Assembly: GCF_009914755.1 (NCBI RefSeq)
Contig: NC_060941.1
Reading direction: 5' to 3' (one strand)
Source of the DNA: the human T2T-CHM13v2.0 reference genome, Homo sapiens
Length of the DNA stretch: 64,000 nucleotides
Part shown: one piece after another, positions 33,019 through 56,406 of the stretch
Layout of the letters: the number at the start of each line of letters is the position of its first letter
Position numbering within the stretch: position 1 is the stretch's first letter
Translations under genes and position numbers: made by a program
The notes under the pieces: generated by a model
What the model was told of the DNA's origin: nothing
Databases searched by the model: none
Seen by the model: the letters and a program-made list of their open reading frames with translations, nothing else

Positions 33019-33100
33019 TTAATAGTTGTAACAAGTTTACAGTTAATAATTAATAGTTGTAACAAGTTTACAGTTAATAATTAATAGTTGTAACAAGTTT
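33019..33100. repeat. 31-bp tandem repeat, about 2.6 perfect copies
   Basis: taatagttgtaacaagtttacagttaataat starting at 33020, 33051 and (partial) 33082. Confidence 0.95.
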
Positions 33101-33826
33101 TTGGGTCTTTTCTATTTGTGTAACTATATATGTGTGCAAATAACAAATATATATGTATAAATATGGTTGCCTTTTTTACTAAATGAGAGACATTTATGTA
33201 GTATAAATATGTAAAATATTACAACTGTATTTAAAGTCTTGCAACTTTTAAAATCTAATAAGTCCTAGATACTCTTTCCATTTCATTACCTAGAGAGCTA
33301 CCTCATTTTTCCTAATGACCTCAAAGTATTCCATTGTATGGATATGCACTATCATTTATGCAAACAATGGATATTATGTTGTCTCCAGTTTCAGAAACAC
33401 TGCTACAGGAAAGATTCCTGTACATGTATTATGTGTTCGTATAAATATATGGGTAGATTTCTTGAAGTGGAAGTGTTAAAGAAAATACACCAAATTCTGA
33501 TAGATGTTGCCAAATTGCCTCCAAAAAGGCTGCATTAATTTCAGTCGTAGAGGTGAAAAATGGTATCTTCTAATTCTAATTTACACATATTTAATTTGAA
33601 TGAGGGTAAACATATTTTCATATGATTATTTATGGGTTTTTTTGGTCAACTGCCTGTTAATGTTTTTGCCTGTTTTCATATTGGACTGTTTTGTTTTTTA
33701 ATTTTAAGAACTTTTTATATCTTAAGGAAAACAGTGCTTTGACTGTTCTACATATTATTTATAGTAGCTACATTAGTTAGATAGCCTTGTTGGGATTCAC
33801 TCTTTTCTTACTCATTGTTAACATAG

Positions 33827-33910
33827 GAGATCCTTCCTCAAGCCCCTGCTAATGCTCATCTGAAGGACTTGGATGAAGAAATCTTTGATGATGATGACTT
33901 TTACCACCAG
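33827..33910 (+). CDS. AATF: AATF coding exon (exon 8), 84 nt, phase 0-0; [28 protein letters not shown]
   Basis: Acceptor gttaacatag, donor CAG|gtgaga; contains the start of the [12 protein letters not shown] motif typical of the AATF/Bfr2 C-terminal domain. Confidence 0.97.
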
Positions 33911-34592
33911 GTGAGACTTTTACACTCTCTTGTTACAAATCATGTTTTAGCATTTTAAAGCAGCTTATAGAATTCTCTGAACAAAGAAGTTGCTTATTTT
34001 GGAAGGATAGAGTCAGACAGTGAGTTAGAACTCCCGCGTTCAAAATTGACTTACAGTGTCATTGTGGATTTGTTGCTTTTCTTCTATTTTATGTTTTCCT
34101 TTTGAAATGAAAACAGCTATAGCTACTTTGTTGTTGCTTGAGTGTAAATTAGCTGTAAAACAGTTTCAGGTTTTTTTCTCTGAGTCAAGTGGGTTCTTTC
34201 TGAGCCATTTTTGATGATGGAGGATTTGTTAAGTTATTTGGTTTCTTGTCTCATTACTATTAGAATGGGCCGTGGAGCTGGAGGGCTGGGATCCCAGAGT
34301 TCTTGAATTGCGCTACTGATCCTATTATCTGTTAAATCTTGTTCTTAATGTCTTTTTGTGCCTGTCGAAGTCAGTTAAGTATGTATTGAGAATGTCTGCA
34401 ACTGTTGATTATAATAAGAGCATAGTGCTTTTGAAGACAGAGAGAATTGGTAGAAGTTGAAATATAGTCCAGTTCTCAATATGTTTTCAGACTCCCCCAC
34501 TTCTTTCCCTGACATTACTCTCTGCTGGCATGCTGTTCTTTTTAATGATGCCAGAGACTGTTAAGATAGACTAAACATTTGGGCTGTTCTAG

Positions 34593-34938
<346 letters not shown>

Positions 34939-37900
34939 AGACAAATTATACTTCTTAATAGAGTGTGTGTTTGGCTGTACCCTTTCTAGCTTAGTGGAGA
35001 ATAGAGGAAGCTGTTCAGCAGTGATATACCAGTTATTGTTGAGCCATTGTTTATCAAGATAATTTTTTTCTCTGTCAAATTTTTAATGTGCTAGCTTTAG
35101 CCAAGTAATTTGCGACTGCTTGTTGAGGGTTTAGCCATGACTGCTGTACTGTGTATATGGATATGAAGAAGAACTTCTTAGGAAAATTACATGTAAAGTC
35201 AATATAGAACAAGTGATTTTATATTGGGGATACCTCTGGTCTTGCCCTAAAAAGAGAAAGAGACTTTCTATTAATTTTTTTTATTCATTCTATAATGTTT
35301 GATAAAATTATTGCTATAAGTAAGTCTTAAAAGTAATGACTAGAGGGTATAGGAAAAAAAGATTGGTGTGGCTGCAGCTGTTCCCTGTCAGAGGTCCTGA
35401 TTCTTTTTTCCTCTTCTCTTATTATATTCATTTGTCAGAAGAGTAAGGAACTCTATTTTGTTCTAGAGTGTCTAAGGAAGTACCTGATATGGGATATTAA
35501 TGCTGTATAATTGTGTGAGATCACGGGAGACAATCAAAAATGTTCCAGTCCTCATTAATTGAAGTGTACATTGTTCGATGAAAAGTGCATCATAAATTAA
35601 ATAGGCTTAATAAAATAAAGTGAAATTACTGGGGAGAAGTTGCCTCTGTTGGCAATCCTTAGTCTGAATTTTTTTTTTTTTTTTTTTTGCCTGGAGGTCT
35701 GTTTAAAAAGAAATAGCATTACTTGATTGGCCCTTCATCCCAATTAATAATTTTAACTTCGATAAATTCTGATTTCAGAGTTATGACTAGTCACATCTTA
35801 GCTTTTCCCCTTGCTGGTTAATTGGGGTGCTGGGGTTAATCTAAATTAAAACTTAAACTAATAGAGGTCAGCAAGGCAGCTAAAACACCTGAGTGAAACA
35901 AATGGGGCTGCCAGGCACAACTTTATCTTGGCTGTTTCCCAAGAGGGAAGTGGCAGCAAATTGGAGTTGTTTCAGCCTTCTGTAAAGGTGAATGATGGGT
36001 GACACTTGTTAATGTACAGCATCTCCGGAAGCATTCCAGATTGCTTTGCTGCTACACCAACTGCTGCCATCCATGCACAGTCAGTAGGAACTGGACCAGT
36101 TGCCAACATCTGGCAGCACAGCAAGGAATGGGTGCAAGTCTTGAAACCCTGCAGATTCTAAATATGGTGCTTAGAACTGTGCAGGTTTTAATCACTTACC
36201 ACTCTTTGGCAGCGGGCTACGACAGCTTATCCTAGCCTCGTACATCACATTCCGACATCTGCTGAGCTGCAAGGCAGCTGCACATTCATTTTCTTTTCTT
36301 GCCTTTTCTCTTTGCTTCCCATTCCCCTTCTTCTTCCCACTCCCCTCACCCTTCAGTTTTCCTCCCCCTCCCAAATATGCTTCTTGGGAGAGATGATCTG
36401 TAAAGATTACTGCTTCATTGTGTGCAAGTAATTGTGGTGATGCCAGGCCCTTGACAGACACAAGGTAGCACCTGTTCTGCTGACCTGGTTAATTTCTTCT
36501 GTTGAGTGGGATTTGCCAGAGATTGGAGCTGAAGCCAATTCAGTGATAAGGCTAAAGAAAATGGCTGTATGTTTTCTGTCACTTCCCAATTAAATTGGCT
36601 TCATAAAGTGCTTTCCTTTATTTGTCAGAGTAGTAAGCCTGAGCTAAGTGTTGCATTCAGAAGTGGTTCAATATATTACAATGGGCCTGTGAGTTTTCAT
36701 TTGTGTGGTTTTTTTTAACATGGTCATATGGAAGAGCTGGGTGGTGAATATAATACATTCCCCCTTTTTTAAAACCATACTTGAAGCCAGACTCTTTGGG
36801 TTCATGTTTTGTAAGGAAGAGATTATAGCCACATTGAATTTTAATGTTCCATTGTAAGGGTTTAAAGGCTTACTTGGTTAATTCAGGTGTCTTGAAGCTG
36901 TGTGAATGCCCTAACTACTGAGAATGATGTGTGGGCTCAGAACACTCCCCCTCTACACACACATACTCATTCACACTTTCATTCTTTGTTTCTTAATGGG
37001 CTTTAAGTTACCATATCTTTCAAAATATACTTGTATTATTTAATAAAGGTACATGTATATATGTATGTATATGTGTGTGTACATACATACATATGTATGT
37101 GTGTGGGCCATAGAAGATAGTATCTGATATCATAAATAATCTTATCATTTTTAGAGCTGAAAAGAACCTTAGAAGAAACTGACACCCTGAGAAGTTAAGT
37201 AACCGTCTGACATCATATAGTAAATGGCAACACTGGTAGTTAATGTCAGGACTTCTTAGACCAAGTCTTGCTCTGTCCATACCTTTATTTCTTAAATATT
37301 TCATTCTTGAGCCATAAAGAGATTTCACTGTAGTATTACAGTTTTCACTTTGTAAATAAATAAGCTTTATTTTCATAGAACCAGAAAAAGTATTTTGTGT
37401 TAGAAAGTAATTTTTTTCCTTAGAAGGCAAATGATTTATTGAGCTTTTGTTACTTAAACAATTCTAATGAAAAAATTAGCTTTATAGTTTTGTTACCGGT
37501 TTGTTTGGAAACTGGAATTGCTGAAAGCATGAAGTATAGCCAATGGTGAAGGTTTTATGAGAGAAACTGTTCATCTGCTTCAGAAAAGCATTGCAGGATT
37601 TTACTTCCAAACAGAATTACTTTACAGTTGGCCTATTTCTTGTCAAAGCGCATTCCTAAAGGCAGTTTCACAAAACATGAAGGTTGTAAATGACCACGAA
37701 GGATGAGCCATTCAGAAATATTTTCAGTGTCTGTTTGTTATGTCATGATCCTATCTGCTACTTCATAACATTCAGTTCTCTTCAGATCTGTTGTCTGTAT
37801 CACCATTTAAGGCTTTTGTTTTGTTTTATTTTTTTAAACCATCAGATGATCTTTGACTTGATAAGCCTAAGTTTTTAAAGAATCAGGGAAGGACCAGGAT

Positions 37901-38576
37901 TTGCTAAACACTAGTGGCGTGCCAGTCCCTGGACTAAGTAGATAGGTACTTGGCATGTGTCTTGATTTAATCCTCACAAGATCCTCGTATTGTGATGTAA
38001 CTGCACTTAGCAATAAGCTATATAAAGTGGCTGGTTTTCTTCTTTTCATATCCCAGATCGCAAACTAGTTTCTTGTCACTTCATGCGATATTTTGTTCTG
38101 AAAGGACTAATTGAGCTTAGATGTTGACAGATCAATACCTGGATTTCTAAGAGTTCATTAGGATTTTGTATGTTGCTTCTAGCTCTGTTTAGTTTTGATC
38201 TGGTTTGTCCTGTCACTTTGACTCTAGCCAAGAGTATCTAGAGAACGGCATAATAGGTTTTGCTCTTTTGATGACCACTTTGACGGGTTAAATTTCTTCT
38301 TTCATTTGCCATCAGGACATGTCTATAACTGACCTTGCCACATGCTGAATTTTTGTGTCTAAGACATTTGATAATGCCATAAACAGGTAATTACTAATTC
38401 AGTGAACTATTAAAAGTCGATAATGTTGAGAAATAGAGAAGAGGCAGGCTTTTTGACATGACAGTTTAATTAAATTGGTGAGCGATTAATATGGACAGGT
38501 GATGTGGTAGAATTGTATGCATTTAGATCTTAGTGTGAATAAGAGGTGTCCCAAGCTACCCTTATGTTAATGGTGA

Positions 38577-39500
<924 letters not shown>

Positions 39501-40365
39501 TTAAAAATTGAAATTATGATTGAAGATATAGCATGGAATTAGGTTTCTTGGGGCATAGTAATGGTATTAAAAACAACTCAAAGCAAATACCAGGGCCCAA
39601 TTAAATTTCAGTTTTAATAACTGCAAGATTATTTTGTATACCATGTGTAAGAATGTTATTGGAACTGCATGGTAGTTTCTGCTTCTTTAAGACATTTTCC
39701 ACCAAAAGTGCTGCCATTGTATATCTGTCAATGTTTAGACCCAGGTATGTCATCAATATTAGCATTTGGTTGCTAGCTTGGGCTCACTGTTGTGGAAGCT
39801 GCACAGAACAGGAAGCAAAAGCCACATTTTTAAATGCGAAGTCTAGAAATTTCATCAAACAGGAGCGTCAAGGTAAGGTGCACATGACTGGCCCTCATTT
39901 CTTTCAGGTTTCTTGCTTTAAAAAACATCAGAGCATGACTTGAGTACTACTACTTCGTTTAAACAAAGGTAAAACCTCAGAACGAAGCCTAAAACAGTAC
40001 ATTTTACAGGGCCAGCTGGGAAAGAGATAAGAATTGGCTTAGAAGTGTTGAAGAAACTTTTTCAAACACAAATGGTACCTGGAGAGTTTGCTAGGCAAAT
40101 ATGTGGCCAAAATTACCCTTTTTGTACTAATATGCCCAGTGTCAGCCAACTGAGTGTAAATTAAACACAGGATCCCAGCAGTATTTTAGTAGCCTCAAGT
40201 ATAGAGTTTGGCACTCCTCAAGAAATGGAGACATTACCTCTTCACTAAAGTAGGCATGAGGTCTTGGTATTAATGTGTTGCTCCTTTAAAAGTAACATAT
40301 CGGAAAAATGATTTAGCAAAGAAAGGGGAAGTTTATAGGCATCTTCAAATATGTATATGTATTGT

Positions 40366-41287
40366 GAGAAAATCTTCACACTCTATACATCTGACAAAGG
40401 ACTGATATCCAGCATCTACTGCAAACTCAAATCAGTAAGAAAAAAACAATCCCATCAAAAAGTGGGCTAAGGACATGAATAGAAAATTCTCCAAAGAAGA
40501 TATACAAATGGCCAACAAACATGAAAACATACTCAGCATCGCTAATGATCAGGGAAATGCAAATCGAAAGCACAATGCGATACCACCTTACTCCTGCAAG
40601 AATGGCCATAATAAAAAAATCAAAAAACAGTAGATGCTGGTGTGGATGTAGTGAACAGGGAACACTTCCATACTGCTGATGGGAATGTTAACTAGTACAG
40701 CCACTGTGGAAAACAGTGTGGAGATTCCTTAAAGAACTAAAAATAGAACTACCATTTGATCCAGCAATCTCACTACTGGGTATCTACCCAGAGGAAAAGA
40801 AGTCATTATTTGAAAAAGATACTTGCAGATACATGTTTATAGCAGAACAATTCACAATTGCAAAATCATGGAGCCAACCCAAATGCCCATCAATCAACGA
40901 GTGGATAAAGAAACTGTGGTATATCTATATGATGGAATACTACAGAACCATAAAAAGGAATGAATTAACAGCATTTGCAGTGACCTGGATGAGATTGGAG
41001 ACTATTACTCTAAGTGAAGTAACTCAGGAATGGAAAACAAACATCATATGTTCCCATGGGTATGTGGGAGCTAAGCTATGAGGACACAAAGGCATAAGAA
41101 TGATACAATGGACTTTGGGGACTCGTGGGGGAAGAGTGGAAGAGGGGCAAGGGATACAAGACTACAAATATGGTGCAGTATCTACTGCTTGGGTGGTGGG
41201 TGCACCAAAATCTCACAAATCACCACTAAAGAACTTAGCCATGTAACCAAATACCACCTGTAACCCAGTAACTTATGGAAAAAAAAA
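40366..41287 (+). mobile_element. 5'-truncated L1PB-type element with poly(A) and 15-bp TSD
   Basis: ORF 40716..41081 is the L1 ORF2p C-terminus ([24 protein letters not shown]...); atgtatatgtattgt at 40351-40365 and 41288-41302. Confidence 0.93.
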
Positions 41288-41651
41288 ATGTATATGTATT
41301 GTTGATCTAGATAAAAACATAATCATTTTAAAGTTGGATAGCGTCTTTGGAGACCATCAAGTCCAAACTCTCTTTTCACAAGTGCAGAAAATGGAGCCTG
41401 AAGGAAGTACATGACTGTTGTAAGATTTACCCACTTAGTGAAATAGGACATTGAAACCTGTGTTCTTGCTCCCAGTTTGATTTTCTTTCTGACACATTAT
41501 ACTCCCTTCTGATTGGACAAGTTTGAAAATCCTTTGAGAATTTTATTTTCAAATCTATATCTGTTTAGGACATTGGAGATCTACTGTATCTTTTAGCACT
41601 CTGATGATTCACAAGTATCATTTTTATACAGTTATAAACTTTATTCAGTTA

Positions 41652-41798
<147 letters not shown>

Positions 41799-42344
41799 TT
41801 ATTATGCCAGATGCTAGTTTTATAAAGGCTAGTAAGACCAAAATCCCTGCCCAAAGAATTTGTGTTACCTAAGAAGAGTGAATATCTATGCAGTCACAAA
41901 ATTAAGAGTGTGACTTTAATAAAATTAAGGTGGAGAAAATAAATGTTGAAAAGAGCAATCAGGTATTTGATACAAAAATGTACATGTGGTTCTCTAGGGT
42001 TCTCACAAACATGCCTCAAGCATTCATTAGCCTACTGGTTTACCCCTCAACATACACCTGATCTAATTCTACAGTAATTTCTCTATAACTTGTAAAAGGC
42101 CTTACGAGGCACTATTTGACATAAACATTGGATAATACAAATTCCATATTTTCCAAGAATGTAATCATTGTTGGAAGCCGTATGGAGTTGCTGGTATCCA
42201 CTGTTACTTATTTCAGGGTAGAAGAATCTTCAGATTGGTGATAGGTAGAAGAGGGTTCATTTTGCTATTGTCTACTTTTGTGGATGTTTGAAAATTTCTG
42301 TAATAAAAAGTTAAAGAGGAAAAAAGTCATATTTCTTTTTTCCT

Positions 42345-43909
42345 TCATTCATTCAACAAATATTTGAGTATCTACTGTGTATTTATTGAGTAACTACTGT
42401 CCTAGGCTGTGCTGTCTAATGTAGTAACTGCATGTGGCTGTTTAGATTTAAATTTTGATTAATTTAAGTAGTATAAAATAAATGGTTCAGCTCCTCAGTC
42501 ACACTAGTTATATTTCAAGTGCTAAGTAACCACATGTGCTAGTTGCTATTGTATTGGATAGTGCAAATGTAGAACATTTCCATTACCACAGAAAGTTCTC
42601 TTGGAGCTCTGTTAGAGGCTGGAAGAAAACAAAGTTCCTGCCCTCATGAGCGTTCATTCTAGCTTAGAGGTAGGATGAAACAGGGAACTACATTGTGACA
42701 AATGCAGTAGAGAATGATGAAACTGGTTATGGTGAAAGCAAGCCCTAGGATAGGGAAGTGATGGTACTGTTTTAATTTAGGATGTTTAGGAGATAAAGAT
42801 ATTTGAGAAGAGACCTGAGGAAATGACAAACAGAGCCATGCAGTTGTCTGGGGGAAGAGCATTAGGGACAAAGGGGATGGCAAGTGCACAGACTCTGAGG
42901 CAAAAGGGAGGCTAGCGTGTTCCAGGAAAATCAGGGAGGCCAGAGTCATGGGGGTCGGTGGGGGAGTAGGCAAGAAAGAGGATGGTAGGAGAGGAAGTCA
43001 AGAGGTAATGGGAGGCCAGGTCCTGTGGGACCTTGTAGGCCACTGTAGCACTTTGATGTGGCTGAGATGGGAAACTACCAGAGGATTTTGAATATAGAGG
43101 AGTAATATGATTGGACTCATATTTTAAAAGGATCACTGATGGCTGTGTTAAGAGTAGACATGAGAGAATGGGGGGCAAGGTGGCAGACAGGGGACCAGTT
43201 AAAAGACTCTAGTGATAATCCAGGCAAGCGATGGCAGTGGCTTAAACTAGGGTGGTTTTGGAAGAGAGAACTGGTTGGATTCTGGATTTATGTTGAAGGT
43301 TGAGCTGACACAGGATTTGCTGATGGGTTGTATGTGGTATATCAAAAGAGAGTAGTCAAGAATGACCATTAAGATTTTGGCCTGAGCAGTTGGAGGGATT
43401 AAGTTGCTATTTACGGAGTTGGGAAAAAACAGTGAGAGAAGCTAGTTTGGAAGATAAATCAGGAGCTCGGTTTTGGTTATATTGCCCCCTCCTCCCAACC
43501 CCTGTGGACCTATGTTGGCTTTATTTTTGTTACTAGGACCTATGTTGGCTTTATTTTGGTTACAGATTAGTTATATTGTTTATGATACTTCTGCCACATT
43601 CATGTGGAGTTGTTGAAGAGTTATATATATATTTTTGGAGTTCATGGGAAGGTCCAGGCTGAAGGTATAAATTTGTGAGCCTTCAGCATATAGGTTGTAT
43701 TTAATACCATGAGATTGAATGAGATTACCTAGAAAATGAAGGCAGAGAGAAAAAGAGATTCGAAGCCCACGTCCTGGAACATTCAAATATTTATAGATTG
43801 GGGAGATGGGAAGGACCAACAAAAGTGATGAAGAAGGAGCAACCAGTGATGTAAGAGAGAATAAAGGAAGAGTGATTTTCCAGGTTGCATGTAAAGAAAG
43901 TGTTTCAAG

Positions 43910-43915
<6 letters not shown>
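42345..43915 (-). mobile_element. L2 element with a MER3-like DNA transposon inserted (42407-42610)
   Basis: L2 3' terminus ttcattcattcaacaaatatttgag; MER3 ends ctgtgctgtctaat ... cagaaagttctcttgga. Confidence 0.82.
43506..43565. repeat. 30-bp tandem duplication inside L2
   Basis: ggacctatgttggctttatttt(t/g)gttac twice, 30-nt period. Confidence 0.92.
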
Positions 43916-47990
<4,075 letters not shown>

Positions 47991-48001
47991 TGCCACCGAA
48001 G

Positions 48002-48316
48002 TACAGGGAAATAATCCCTTGCCAACAATTCCGAGATTAAAAATCTGAAAACTCGTAGTTTTGTTTGTTTTGGTAAGTTTGGCAAACTATTGTGGTGGCA
48101 GCACCTGATCTGAATGAACATGAAGCTATTTATAGGCTTTATTTATCACATATATGTGGGAATATATATTTTGCTACAGAAATTTTGTGTTTGACTTTGG
48201 GGTGCTGCCCAGACTCCGCTGACACATTTATGACATATGCAGTGTATTACCTTTCTAAAATATGAAACATTCTGAATTCCAAGATACATCTATCCCTAAG
48301 GGACTGTGGGTCTGTA
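48002..48316. mobile_element. MER46C-like TcMar-Tigger fossil
   Basis: ta-cag ... ctg-ta ends; internal gaagctatttatag...gctacagaaatt...ggggtgctgcccagac. Confidence 0.7.
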
Positions 48317-48908
48317 CGACAAAAGGATAGCTTGCAGGGGAGTTCAGGGTGTATATCAGGGGTGATTATCCTGATGGATTTTGGAATCTCATTCACCTGG
48401 GTAAGGAGAGAAGTAAGCACAGGAGGAGAGGAAGAGGGATGCTGAAAAGGTGGCAGGATTGATGGTTTATTGATTCTGGTGGGGCTGAAGAATTATTGGC
48501 ATCTGAAGGCTAGAGGGAGAATGCTGGAAATATAGGGAGAGATTTATTTCAGCTGGGCTTTTGGTTCTTAAGGGACATAATCACAGAATACAAGTTAGTA
48601 CTACCCTTTCAGTTTCCTACTTGTGAATCGTTCTCTAGTTCAGAATGACTTCCTTTTTATTCTTTAAACACAAATGACATATAGTAAAAGAAACCCTGCT
48701 AAATAATGCTAAAAAATAGTAACTGAGCTGGTATCCGAGAGGATCTAAAACCCTTCTTCCTGCCTTTATTATAAATGGAGGGGGAGGTACACACCAAGAC
48801 ATCCATCTAGTGACCAATGGGCAGAATTTTTGAAGTGGGAACTCTTGGAAAATCTAAACAGCACCTTCTGTACATTGTTACTTTTAGTATGGATTAGAAA
48901 GCATGGCT

Positions 48909-50564
<1,656 letters not shown>

Positions 50565-51279
50565 CTTAGAAATATTATTGAATAATCACTGTATGCAAAG
50601 GCAGTGGTGGAGTTCCAGGTATTAGGGGTAAGAGTTTCAGTCAGATGTATCCCCTGCCTGCAAGAAGCTCATAGTCAAGCAAGCAAGATGACATAAACAT
50701 AAATAACCAGAACGCTTGGTGAGTGTGTATCGAAGAATTCAGAAAAGGGAGAAAAATAATAGTTTCAGGGAATTAGAGAAGGCTCCAGCGAAGAGGACAT
50801 GGCATTTGATCTGGGCTTTCAAAGAAGGATGGCCAGGATTTTAGATACTCTGAGGTTGGAAGGAGGCCTTCTACATAAAGGAATTGTGTAATCAGGGTAT
50901 TGTGGGGGAGCTGAAGGTCAGGAAAAGAGAATCGCAGATAGTTCAAACAGAATAAATGATAAAGGAGAGGATGACTTCTGCTCCAGTTTCTCATGATCTA
51001 GTTTGGAAAAGTCCTTTAACCCATAGCATACTTTTTAAATGTATGACTTACCATTTTTGCGGGTTTTCTATACTTGTTACATTTTTATCCTTTCACTCTT
51101 ATTTGTTACACATCTTATTTGTTACCTATGTTTGAAAATCAGTAGAAAGGAAAATTGAATTACTGTACTTGTTGCTTGTTAGCAGCTGTGGCGATTTAGC
51201 TGTGGAAGATGATTTATTTTAACCTAAATGGGGTTTAGGGACTATCTATGAGCATGATCTGATGTTCCACAGTATTTCT

Positions 51280-51470
51280 GTTTATTGAATACTTACGTTT
51301 TGCTGAGTGCTTTACTTTTATCATCTTTTTAAGTCCCAAAACAACTTTGTGAGGTATAATTACCACTTTATAAGATGAGGAAACTGAATCTCAGGGAGCT
51401 CAAGGAACTTGTCTTAAACTACACAGGTAGTAAAGGGCAGAGCTGGAATTCAAGACAGGTAAGTCAGACT
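51280..51470 (-). mobile_element. MIR
   Basis: ccactttataagatgaggaaactgaatctcag...cacaggtagtaaagggcagagctggaattcaa. Confidence 0.82.
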
Positions 51471-51641
51471 CTTTGGCAGATAGTTACACTTAGATTGAAC
51501 TGTGCAGTACACACTTCACATAAGTGAAAATTCATACCTAGAAGCATTAGCTCTTAGAGAGTGGGAGATGGAAACCTGTAACTGGTATTTGACAAGCCTA
51601 TTTCATAGATAAAAGATATTTAAATAGAAAATCCTGTAACT

Positions 51642-52569
<928 letters not shown>

Positions 52570-52596
52570 TAATTCTCATCCGCTTAAAACCATCCA

Positions 52597-52883
52597 GGCC
52601 GGGCGCGGTGGCTCACGCCTGTAATCCCAGCACTTTGGGAGGCCGAGGCGGGTGGATCATGAGGTCAGGAGATCGAGACCATCCTGGCTAACAAGGTGAA
52701 ACCCCGTCTCTACTAAAAATACAAAAAATTAGCCGGGCGCGGTGGCGGGCGCCTGTAGTCCCAGCTACTGGGGAGGCTGAGGCAGGAGAATGGCGTGAAC
52801 CCGGGAAGCGGAGCTTGCGGTGAGCCGAGATTGCGCCACTGCAGTCCGCAGTCTGGCCTGGGCGACAGAGCGAGACTCCGTCT

Positions 52884-52916
<33 letters not shown>
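52597..52916 (+). mobile_element. AluYb8/Yb9 young human-specific Alu
   Basis: 7-bp duplication gcagtccgcagtc, ggtggatcatgagg, aacaaggtg, gggaagcgg, ctactgggga; CpGs intact; A32 tail; TT|AAAA site; TSD aaaaccat(c/g)cag. Confidence 0.93.
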
Positions 52917-52918
<2 letters not shown>

Positions 52919-53238
52919 ATGCAGATTTGTTGAATAGACCAGTCTATGTGTTTGTTGTGTAGGTCATCTGGCCTATGTAAGACATGTGAGAAGGAGAATA
53001 TTGTGTGGGGAAGTCATATCATTGAAAATGGCAATGACAAAGATATGTTCAAAAACAACTGACAAAAAACAGGTAGGTTTCTCTATTCCTAGGTCGATAA
53101 TGGTGCCCTGGATTAGAGCCAGGTTATTGTATATTGACTCCTTTTGTGTAAAAACACTGAAATGGTATGTGTGTGTGGTGGGGGAAATGATAAAGCAAAC
53201 ACAGATATGGTATTTTCTCTCAGAAATAATTGTTTTCT

Positions 53239-53762
<524 letters not shown>

Positions 53763-54154
53763 TCAGGAAGAGAAGATGAAGTGGAGATTTAACAAATGAG
53801 TAGAGGAGGAGGCGTGGGAGGTCAGTGGCTAGGGAAGCCTGTTCCCGCAGTGCATATGCAGAAGCAGCCTCTGGTGTGAGGGCCCGCGGAGCATTTCACG
53901 TACAGAGTGAAGCCTGGTGGGCCTGCAGCACAGAGGCGGAAGGTGGGTTAGGTTGGAGAGGTAGACAAGGGCCCTAGTGGTACCCTGTTAAATGTCCTGA
54001 CACATTTGCTTTTTGAAAATACTACTCTTGAGTACAATGAGGAGACAAAAATGGAGGGACAAGAGTAAATGAGAGGAAATCATTACACTGCCTCAGGCAA
54101 GACCATGTCTGTTTTATTCTTGTTTCTCCAGTGTGCTCAAAAAATATGTATGAG

Positions 54155-55418
<1,264 letters not shown>

Positions 55419-55779
55419 CTTTTGGGGATAATTTGAAAGACTAGGGAGCTGAGAACCAAAAAAGGAGGTAAGGCAGGAGGTAGAGCAAAAATAGATACAT
55501 TTTCACTAAGAAGTCTTGTGGGAGAGAGAGGGAATTCACAGGAAGAGTAAACCCAATCCTTTGAGTCTGCTTTTGTATCTCCCAGTGAGGAAGTTTGAGG
55601 AACCCTGACTCAGCTAGGCTAAGTAAGTTTGATAGAGGGTTGCCCCAAGCTTTTTCCTTCTCAAGCATCTGTGGCTATGAACTGTGGAAGCCTAAAAAGT
55701 AGGAATCAATAACTCTGGGTCACAAATTCAGAAAGCCAAGGAATATGTGGTCATAAAGCCAAAATGCTTTTAAAGTTAC

Positions 55780-56360
55780 TTGGTTTTTCAACAAGGGTGC
55801 CAAGACAGCTCAGTGGGGTAAGTAGTCTTTTCAACAAATGGTATAATGGGATATCCACATGTAAAAGAATGAAGTTGGACCCCTACCTTACACTATATAT
55901 AAAAATTAACTCAAAATGGATCATAGACCTAAATATAAGAGCTACACTATTAATTATAAACCTTTTAGAAGAAAACATAGGAGTAGAGCTTCATGACCTT
56001 GGGTTAGGCAATGGTTTCTTAGATACAAATCAAAAACACAAATGACAAAAGAAAAAATTGGACTGTATCAAAATTAAAAACTTTCCTGCCTCAAATGACA
56101 CTCTCAAGAAAGCAAAAAGACATTACAGAAGGAAAATGAATAAGGGACTGGTATCCAGAATATATAAAGAACTCTTACAGCTCAATAACAAAAAGACAAA
56201 TAACCTCATTTTAAAATGGGCAAAGGGTCTGAATAGACATTTCTCCAGTGAAGATATACAAATGGCCAGTAAGCACAGGAAGATGCTCTGCATCATTAGC
56301 CATTAGGGAAATGCAAATCAAAGCTGCAATGAGAATGTATCATACCTGCTAGTATGGCTG
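55780..56360 (+). mobile_element. L1M ORF2 fragment
   Basis: ORFs 55764..56045 and 56058..56306 ([38 protein letters not shown]). Confidence 0.9.
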
Positions 56361-56406
56361 TCAGTCAGTGTTTACATTATTATTACTAAGTAAATGTTGT
56401 TCTCAA

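Noticed and set aside
33019-33100. 31-bp direct repeats as a CRISPR-like array
   Set aside because: No unique spacers, head-to-tail tandem arrangement, eukaryotic intron.
33824-33829. TAG GAG tandem (NAGNAG) acceptor at exon 8
   Set aside because: GAG is rarely used as a distal acceptor; no further support.
40716-41081. 121-aa ORF
   Set aside because: C-terminus of L1 ORF2p in a 5'-truncated dead element.
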